From Chrysomallon squamiferum (taxonomy: Eukaryota > Animalia > Mollusca): DNA of 64,000 nucleotides. Both the position numbers and the translations under genes were made by a program. Shown one piece after another: positions 54,201 to 64,000 of this stretch (its first letter is position 1; every line of letters begins with the position of its first letter). Location: the NCBI GenBank assembly GCA_012295275.1, contig CM022672.1:11346001-11410000 (forward strand), read 5' to 3'. A model generated the notes under the pieces. It saw only the letters and a program-made list of their open reading frames with translations. It did no database searches and was not told the DNA's origin.

Positions 54201-54990
54201 CACATTATAATTAAAATGAGTTTCTCCATCAATCCATGTCATGCTTTTGCATTATCATAATGATTATAACTGTTGTGAAACAATTTACAATATTCATTCA
54301 TTATTATCCGCACGTGCCGCATTGCTGTAGAACTATTAAATTTTACCATGTATGGCGAACGTCGGGTAAAATGTTCATTTTTACGAAATACGTATCACGA
54401 AATACGCTGACCAAGAGGAACTATTTGTCACGACGACAGTGAAGAGGAGGGGACTGAAATGTCTGAATTGTATCTTTGTTTCAACTTCTGTCGAATGGAG
54501 AAACGTGACATCCTCCCACTTCAGTTGAATCATTTCGTCATTGGCTAGGATAGTTAATGTCGTCTGCTTGTCGCGAGCACCTAACGTAACCGACAAGTAA
54601 TAATCTAACAGAAACGTGAACGCACTCGCTCCTTGAAATCCGACCAGAAGCTGGTGTAGGTTAAACGCAGTAACAGAGAAAGAGAGAGAGAGGGTGATAA
54701 AATTCATAAAACGCCAAGAATGACCAACGCTTGAATTTGTCTTTTCGTTCAACTTTCCCGTTTGAAGACGTGCTTTGCGCCATATCTTTTACGTATGATC
54801 CAAACGAAGTAAATATTTACCTTTTATTTATATGATTGTTTATTATTATTATTGTTGTTGTTGTTGTTGTTGTTGTTGTTATTATTATTATTATTATTAT
54901 TATTCGTTTCTTTTATTCGTTGTTGATATGATCTTTTTCATTTTCATATTTATTTATTTATTTATTTATTTTTGAATGGATTGGGGACAC
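54042..54990. repeat. Segmental duplication copy A (paralog of 62890-63930)
   Basis: Collinear similarity through a shared (GA)n tract and a near-identical ~300-bp core (54397-54700 vs 63229-63528). Confidence 0.92.
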
Positions 54991-55537
54991 TTTTTCTTTT
55001 CTTTTTTTTTCTTTTTTCTTTTCTTCTAAGGCCTATCTGTGTGAGAGAGTACGTATAAAAGATGTTGTTTAACGAAAAAGCGTATGTATATATGTATGCA
55101 TCACCGATTTTCTATCATTTTAACGGTAAGCATTATCTGATCAGCAGAGAAAGTGGAACGCTAAAATAAACAAATCTGACAGACGGGATCTGTGAGATGT
55201 CCTTGATTCGAAACGAAGTGTTTATTTTTAGAAGATTCAAGTCTCCCCATTACTAGTAGTATCAAGTGAGTGGGTGTAGAATGTAAACAAAGTTAAGTTT
55301 TCTCAGAACGACGTACGGACACAAAAACATTAAAGAAGAGAATATCCTATTACTTGTTATATTTGTTGTCATGTAATACTAGGGCTTGGCTAACTTGTAC
55401 TTTTTTTTATGAAAAGTTTACTTTGTCGAGGTATTTCCTGTTCACAGAATATTTAATTGAATTTTTCTTATAAACTTTTAATTTTAATTTTAATTTTATT
55501 TCAAATTTATATGTTTATTTATTTATTGTTGTTGTTG

Positions 55538-55590
<53 letters not shown>

Positions 55591-57642
55591 TTAAAATGAC
55601 TTAAATTCAAAAAGACGATTGCATTTATAATTATCTATAATGTTAGGTATATTTTCGAGATGTAATGCCTCGTAAGACATTACTGAAAACATTATTTCAG
55701 TTAGGATACATTTTTATTTTTCTAACCTCAGTTCATGTTCACAATTCCTAGTCAATCAGTGACTAAGATAACGACATAGTTTATTCTTAGTATCATTTAA
55801 GACGAGATATTTTAGTCGATGAAAACTGCAGGAAGTAAGTTTGAAAGTAGTCATAATTAAAATGATTTCATTGAGAATTTTGTCAGTAGTAGATCATTCA
55901 GCCAGTGAAGATTAATACTCGTACATCTGACTGTTGTATTCTGAATGTTACATTTGACAACAGCCAGGCGAAGCTAGAAAGTAGTAAATTACAATTTCGT
56001 CCATTATTGCATTTCAGCAAGTCCGTTATTGCTCATATGCTTGCGTATTTAATTCGTCGATTATTTTACGGCATATACAATTTCGTTATCATGTGGCATT
56101 TCATTGCTCCTTTGCTGGGTGTTTGTGTCCATTCATTTATTGTCCAAGCTGGAATGTGCTATTTCTTATATTTTATGCATCATGGATATGGTATTCTTGG
56201 ATTCACATCCAATGCACTGAAGAATAATGAGAAATCGTAACCACATTCTGGAACCGCTAGCGTTCTGTTCTGTCGAAACTATTTTTGTGATGACCATAAA
56301 CTTGGCTGTAATTCAAATGCTGAACAAATGTTCGCCATTGTTCAAGTGATACGTGATAGTCATCGTCCCAGAACTGAACGAACTAAATGAAAATTTCACA
56401 TCCGATTCGTCTCGGTGACCTTCGAGCTCGCTGATGATCTTTTAAGTGAACAAAATCTGTGTTAGAGCTGTACACACGATAACCCAGAATTTTCCATTCT
56501 GTTTTAATGTCACGACCGAGCTTAGAACACAGAAACTTACGCGTATTAAGGCGCAGATTCAGTTCTTCCCCAGTAGTCCAAGTGTCCAGCAATATGTTTT
56601 TCAAAAACTGTTCTAAGTTTCGTATAAAATGTGCCCTGCTGGTAATGCTTAAGAGTAAAATATAAATAACGGCAGTACGTTTGGTCTTTCGTATCATAAT
56701 TGCACAAAAGCCATAATGGTGCTTAATGAATAGCAATTAATGATGAAACTTTTTAAGTCGTTTAATAAATGTACTGTTGTTCATACAGATACAAATAAAA
56801 AAGTTACTGTTTTTTTTAACTTGTTAAATCGTCAAATGCATAATTTATTACGGAGTGAAATTATATTAAGTCAGTGGAGTCTGAGCTGTAAAACAAAATT
56901 TTAACAAATGCAGTATTGATATTATCGGAAGTGTTGGAAATAAAAAATTTGAAGTGGAAAGAACATGCTGAGGCTTTTACCAAGCAATGCGATACTACTA
57001 CTGCACAGTGAGGATGATGATGCTGACGATGACGATGAGCATCGCGAATTAGTAGCTTTTTTCCAGCTGTTTGATTATGAAACTGACTGCACTGGCTACA
57101 ACAAATACACTTTTTCTTCTGTCCCACAGAAACTGCTCAATTTAAACTGCCGATACGAAGCCCGCTACATCTAAAAAACACTAAGTATCTCGTAATTTCG
57201 CGTCAGCACGTTTTCGTCTGCGATCTGGTCGGATTGGAAGACTAGATAGATACATATATCCATATATGTCTTTATACATGCATTATCTATGTTTATATTA
57301 TATAAATATATATTTATATTCTGTTTTTGTAGCTCGTTTGTGATATTCTTGTTGTGTTTATTAATATGGAACAATAAATAAAATGCTAATTCAAACTGAT
57401 TTGTTTATTACTTTCTGATCCTTTTATATATTGTTTTTCAGCCAATGTGTGACATTCTTGGAGGAAGACAGGTTCCCTCTTTGCTGTTGGTTATCAAAGA
57501 CCAAGAGATACCTTACCTCTGCACGAGTCCCACTAACTTCAAATCGTAAACTATCTAGAAGACTATCTAGAACGAGATCTAACATAATTCACAAACCTTG
57601 GCAATTGAGACAGAAACACACACACACACACACACACACACG

Positions 57643-57679
<37 letters not shown>

Positions 57680-58117
57680 TATATATCGTTATGGTTTCTG
57701 TCTCAACTGTCAATTTAGGGTCGATCGACGGTAACTGGATAGGTATTCTTTCACAAGAAAGTGAAAACAAAGGAAATTTAATTTCCAGTTATTTTTATGT
57801 CTCGTTTATATTAAAGATTTCGATCTGTTATTATGCAAAGTTACGAGCTGTTAAAAAATATATATATTGTAGAATATTGATTAGTTCTACAACTGCCTAG
57901 TGGACACATCATCAGAAATAAATAAATACAGACGTGTGAAATGTAATTACTATTATTTAACCTATTTTCATTAATATGTCACTGAATAACGGAATATAAT
58001 TTATGGAACTAATTTAGAACTAAACTATTACCATAATTTACGCATCGTAAGCTTGAAATTCTTTACATTTTGCAAGTTCATCGCAAGATATATCCTCCCC
58101 AGCTTCCTCCTCGTGAT

Positions 58118-58270
58118 ATATTCCGTTCCAGCCAGTGCTCAAAGCCGTGGTACGTACTTCCTTGTCATTGGACAAATACATGGAAGAGAAATCGTGTTAC
58201 TGATTTATAAAAGAAGAACAATACGCTTCAGCTGCAGAGAGCGATTTTGTTTCATGAAAACCGAAATAAT
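58118..58270 (+). mobile_element. SINE relic (Meta-domain-like)
   Basis: TTCCGTTCCAGCCAGTGCTCAAAGCCGTGGTACGTACTTCCTTGTC belongs to the same family as 41165 and 30228. Confidence 0.6.
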
Positions 58271-58789
58271 TTATAAATAAAATATAAACAAACAAACAAA
58301 CAAAAAATTAAACAGTGTTCATTAAGGTTTTTTGATTCATGTTAATATTTCTGGAATACAATTATGTGTGTCTATGTATGTGTGCGTGTACGTGTCTATA
58401 CATTCTAACATACATACACATAATCACACAGGCATGCGTGTGTGTGTGTATATATATTACTGCATTTAATAAAAGATCATGTTGGACACAATTTACATTC
58501 TGAATTCATAACGGTGCATGTGGCAGTTCACTGGAATATTAACTAACCGTTTTCAGAATTTGACATTGGTTTATTTACATATAATATAATAAAATAATTG
58601 AAATTTAGTGTTATCTATGCAGAATGTGGGTAACACGATAGTTAATGAATAGCGAAATATAATTTGATTAATAAACTCTTCTCACCGATGGTCGTATAAA
58701 AAAGCATCATTTAAACATTATATTTAGTATACCTGTATTATGAACATAAACCAAATACGTTAGTAGTACTAGATTATATCACAGAGAAA

Positions 58790-59380
58790 CCGATAAAGAG
58801 AATGTTGATAGTTACTAACATTATATAAAAGAGGATGGTAGTAAATACTGACATTATATGACAAACTGATAGTTACTGACATTATAGTAAAAGGAACGTT
58901 GGTAGTTACTCACATTATATCAAAGAGAACGTTGATTATTACTGACATTATAACAAAGAGAAAGTTAGTAGTTACTGACATTATAGTTAAGAGAAAGTTG
59001 ATTATTACTGACATTGCAATAAAGAGAAAGTTGGTAGTTACTGATATTATATCAAAGAAAAAGTTGATAGTTACTGATATTATAATAAAGAGAAAGTTGG
59101 TAGTTACTGATATTATATCAAAGAGAAAGTTGGTATTTATTGATATTATAATAAAGAGAAAGTCGGTAGTTACTGATATTATATCAAAGAGAATGTTGGT
59201 TTTTATTGATATTATAATAAAGAGAAAGTCGGTAGTTACTGACATTATCAACAGAACATTGGTAGTTATTGACATTATAATAAAGAGAAAGTTGGTAGTT
59301 ACTGATATTATATCAAAGAGAAAGTTGGTATTTATTGACATTATAATAGAGAGAAAGTCGATAATTACTGACATTGTTGA
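58790..59380. repeat. 33-bp minisatellite, ~17-18 units
   Basis: Unit AAAGAGAAAGTTGGTAGTTACTGATATTATATC/ATA; generates the 11-aa-periodic ORFs (KRKLVVTDIIS) on both strands. Confidence 0.95.
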
Positions 59381-59674
59381 GAGGAGAACAGAGTACGAAT
59401 GAATTTATTGATTTTAATTATGTAATACGTTAGCTAGGTTTCAACAAAAGAAAAACATCTGTTTTGTTGTTTATTCATATCGTGCCTAGGCAAGAGTGTT
59501 ATGTCATGATACTGCTGTTCAGTGCGGAAACAACGTGACATCAGATACGTAGACAGGATTAGTTTCACTGCAAAAGCTCAACAACACTTGTATAATGTAT
59601 TAGTATAAAAAAACAAATGTCTTCACATCTGTTTATTTGTGAAAAAAAATAAATTAAAAATAATAAATGTTTTC

Positions 59675-59759
<85 letters not shown>

Positions 59760-59957
59760 AACACACACACACCTTCTTTCTTTTAGATAGATATTCTTAA
59801 GCTAAAAATTATTTTGTATTTGCTTGCTATATTTTATATTAGTATATGCCAGTAGTACTATATGTATTTATTTATTTATTTATCTGTTTTTCAATATATT
59901 TATCTCTTTACTTAATTATCGATTTACGCATTTATCTATTTATTTATTTATTACTAT

Positions 59958-59988
<31 letters not shown>

Positions 59989-61187
59989 TTGTTTATTGTT
60001 GAAAAATGAAAAATATTTAATCAGCAGTTGTGAATACATAAGAATATCATATTACTGTTATATAATGAAAATGACAATTTCTTTCCAACCCCAACACTTT
60101 ATACAACGAAACAGTCCACAATTTACGTGATTATATTTTATAACAGCATTATTTAATTATCAAATTTTTTAATAGATATGAATAGACAAGAACTATTATT
60201 ATAATTCTGCAACTGCTGCTACTGGTATTAATACTTTTATTACTACTATTACGTAAATAAATGTTAAAGGAATATTTCATTTCTGCTTCGTTATATATTT
60301 GAAATCGTTAACAGTTCCAGTTACAGAATTTTATATGTGATGTTTGCTGTATGTCACTGACTTTTATCAGATTCAAAAAGCCACCTACAATAACAATTAA
60401 GTAAAAAAAAAAAAAAAAACATAATATTTCCGTACATACAACACCAGTCTATTCAAGAATTTCTTTCACATTTGCTAGGCTCAGTTCCACGGCTGGCGTT
60501 CACTCATATTTGTACACGGACTTACACATTACAAGTCCGTTCTACAACATGATCTTATTACAGCCATTTCAATAAAAATTATTATTATTATTCCACACTG
60601 ATATCATCTTATTTTTCTTTTCTTTTTGTTTAATTAATTTTCGGATTCTACACATTCACACATTTTTGTTTAACAAATCTGCTTCTTAACACCCCTGCTA
60701 TAAAAACGTTTTCAGATCTGTCCCTGGTTCTAATGTCCGTCATCATAGCGTAGACGGCGCCAGAAGTGTTTTTAAACAAAGCCGTTATCTGGCCAGCAAG
60801 TGTAACGTGACGTAGTGGGCGGGTGTCAATTTGAGAAAATTCTTTAGTATAAACAGATGATTTCTGTTAGATATTTTTTAGCAAAACGTTTTAGGTTTGA
60901 TGTTATCGGCGCTGTTTTGTGAATGGATGTTTGTATTAATTGTGTAAACACGCGCAGGATTTCAGTAGCATTTCAGAAGTGACACGAAAGATGCCAAGCA
61001 GCTTGGGGTAGTTTATTTTCGCGAGTTCCTGCAAGTGTTGTTGGACTGGTCTGCTCTTATTTTATGTCGTAAAAGCTGACTGATGGCAAGAATTCGTAAT
61101 TTATATAGCTATGTTTCTGTATGCAAAACTAAACGTAACAAAACTGGTTTGTTTGAAAACTAGTATGTGGATGTTAGTGTGTATGTA

Positions 61188-61949
61188 CGGGGTACGGAAA
61201 AAATTGCACTCGAAAAAATGGCACCGGGGAAAAATGGCACCGGAAAAAAAATGATACTCGGAAAAAATTGCACCCGGAAGAAATGGTACCGTGCAGATTT
61301 GCAAAAAATGGCACCCTATTTATTTTTTCTGTATAGTTGCTTTGATAAAAAAAATACTGTTTGAAAATACTGTTTATTCATGCAATATTGTTACATACAT
61401 GTATATTAATATACAGCATCACTCAGCCACTTGATTTTGCTTAACAATGTACAGTATTATATCAGATTTTAATATTACACATATGCACATATATACACAC
61501 ACATAAATACATATACACACACACACACACATACATACATACATATATATATATATATAAATACACACATACACACATATATACACACACACATATATAC
61601 ACACATTCATACTTATTCATACATACATGTATACTTACACGCGTATATAGATGCACTTGTACTTTCATATATATACATACACGTTCACACAGATATATCT
61701 AAATTAAATACGCAGTTAAAATATCCTCCAGAATGATATCATTCAGTCAATTCAAACATATATGTGTTTGCGTGTGTGGTCTGTGTATACCTGAATATAT
61801 ATATATATGTACACACACGCACGCACACACACACACACACACATATATATCTTATGCCATTTTTTTCAAATCTGCACAGTGATATTTCTCCCGGGTGCCA
61901 CCATTTCCGAGTGCCATTTTTTTTCCGGGGCCATTTTTTCCTACAACCG
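61188..61949. mobile_element. MITE with long TIRs built from ~16-bp subterminal repeats
   Basis: Left arm TA|CGGGGTACGGAAAAAATTGCAC..(GGAAAAAATGGCACC)n..GTGCAGATTTGCAAAAAATGGCA (61188-61316) is the reverse complement of the right arm TGCCATTTTTTTCAAATCTGCAC...CCTACAACCG|TA (61856-61949). The interior is microsatellite-rich. Confidence 0.8.
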
Positions 61950-61994
61950 TATGTCCGTAGGTATGTATCTGAGTTTCAACGTGTTAATTCTATA

Positions 61995-62073
<79 letters not shown>

Positions 62074-62260
62074 CAGGTATCATGTTATGGTCTGTATGTG
62101 TGTATGTTCGCTGGTAAATGTATGAGCATTTATCTGTATTTCATTATTATCAGTTGTCACTGTGTACATATCAGTTTGAAAACACATGACAGTGCACGAA
62201 AATACTTAAATATGAATAACATTCAAAGTCTTTTGAAATGAAAAAAACACACACAAACAG

Positions 62261-62345
<85 letters not shown>

Positions 62346-62889
62346 GTACTGATAAACATATTTTTCATTTATAAAAAGGTGGGTTTTTTAAAGCGTGGCT
62401 TTGTTATTGTTTTCTAATAGCTGAATTGTAGTTTTTTACTTTAATTTTCGGTGACACATCTTTTTTTTATTATTCTTTTTTTTTTTTTTTCTCTTTGTTG
62501 ATAACTGAAGAACTACCTGTCAACTTTTAAGTGGATAGCTTTAGCCATTATGCATCCAAAACTTGTTCTCATATTTTCCCGTGACCGACAGCATTAATGT
62601 TGTTCAGATCTGTTGAATATCGACATTTTCTAAATTATCCGCGTTTCTCAGATCTTCTAAATATGACAGGAGTAATCCTTTGTCACTGTAACATCTGCAT
62701 TCAAGGAAATCTTGATCAGTGATAACACCAGCTATTTATGCTAGACTGTCAGAGTTTATATGTAAATATAATACATCGCTTTACGGTGGATATGCATTTT
62801 GAACAGCCATTACATTTGTGGCGAATCTGAAAACCATTATACTGATGTTTTCCGAAGATCAACAATAGCGATTTGGTAACTCTTACTTG

Positions 62890-62960
62890 TAATCGTTCAT
62901 AATTATCATCATTATGGAATTCTTGTTTCCCCAAACATTACATAAAAGCTAATTATACAC

Positions 62961-63042
<82 letters not shown>

Positions 63043-63742
63043 GGCTGACAATTTAAAATGAATCTTTCCGTCAATTCATGTCACACTTTTATACGATTGT
63101 AATTATATTGCCAGATACAACTGTTGTGAAATAATTTATAACATTCGTTATTATCCTCAGGCGTCGTTCTACTGTAAGACCATTAAATTTTGCCATATAC
63201 GGTGAACTTCGGGGGAGTGTTCATTTTTACGAAATACGCTGACCAAGAGGAACTATTTGTCACAACGACAGTGAAAAGGAGGGGACTGAAATGTCTGAAT
63301 TGTATCTTTGTTTCAACGTTTGACGAATGGAGACGCACGACAACCTCCCACGTCGGCTGTTTCATTTCGTCATTGGCTAGGATAGTTAATGTCGTCTGCT
63401 TGTCGCGAGCACCTAACGTAACAGACAAGTAATAATCTAACAGAAACGTGAACGCACTCGCTCCTTGAAATCCGATCAGAAGCTGGTGTAGGTTAAACGC
63501 AGTAACAGAGAGAGAGAGGGTGATAAAAAGGAAGCTACTTTTCGAGAGACTTCATATTACTTACCTTCGTGTAACTGAACTGACCGAAGCTTGAATTTGA
63601 CTAAACCAGAAAAATGGATTTTATTTTTTGTCTTTTCGTTCACATTTCTATTCTGAGCACGTGCTTTGCCTCCTCACCTTACTGGGAAAGTCCGTACGAA
63701 GTAAGTATTCATCTTTTATTTATAAAGTAATTAATTAATTTA

Positions 63743-63781
<39 letters not shown>

Positions 63782-63928
63782 GATTATTATTATTGTTGTT
63801 GTTGTTGTTGTTGTTATTGTTGCTGTTGTTTTATTTTGTCATTTTTCGTTCTTTTTAAATTTTTTAGTTTTATTTATTTATTTTGTTATTTATTTATTCA
63901 TTTACTTTTATCTTTGTATGGATTAAGG

Positions 63929-63930
<2 letters not shown>
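62890..63930. repeat. Segmental duplication copy B (paralog of 54042-54990)
   Basis: See copy A. Copy B has extra sequence at ~63529-63580 and ~63598-63628 that is absent or replaced in copy A. Confidence 0.92.
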
Positions 63931-63966
<36 letters not shown>

Positions 63967-64000
63967 TTCGTTTAGTTTTTGGTGCAGATTTTAGTTTTCA

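Noticed and set aside
54381-54752. Protein-coding reading of the duplicated core (ORFs 54381-54752 and 63183-63428, minus strand)
   Set aside because: Differences between copies are clustered and mostly amino-acid changing, the ORF ends differ, it spans a (GA) tract and has no recognisable domain. Kept only as a non-coding candidate.
58790-59380. CRISPR-like array (33-bp periodicity; also 50745-51070 and 49708-49780)
   Set aside because: The units are contiguous with no unique spacers, there are no cas genes, and the context is eukaryotic.

Overview
This is AT-rich, microsatellite-rich animal genomic DNA. A mollusc, probably a gastropod, is inferred from decayed Meta-domain-like SINEs. The central ~38 kb (10.7-48.7 kb) holds six spliced housekeeping genes, reconstructed by hand from GT-AG boundaries and frame continuity: mitochondrial GrpE (+, 3 exons), ERGIC2 (-, 10 exons), a DRAM-family lysosomal membrane protein (-, 6 coding exons, with one U12-type minor intron), two tandem zeta-crystallin/quinone oxidoreductase paralogs (+, 8 exons each) and an RWDD2 protein (-, 2 coding exons). 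The gene bodies look strongly CpG-depleted. The promoters and the flanks (1-10.7 kb and 49-64 kb) keep their CpGs. The flanks contain SINE, LINE and MITE relics, a 33-bp minisatellite at two loci, a duplicated ~0.9-kb non-coding block with a conserved core, and an inverted copy of a segment at 23.6-24.0 kb. They also contain an orphan ORF with signal-peptide and furin-site features. Most short ORFs in the track are microsatellite or antisense artefacts. No prokaryote-type system (CRISPR array, operon) is present.
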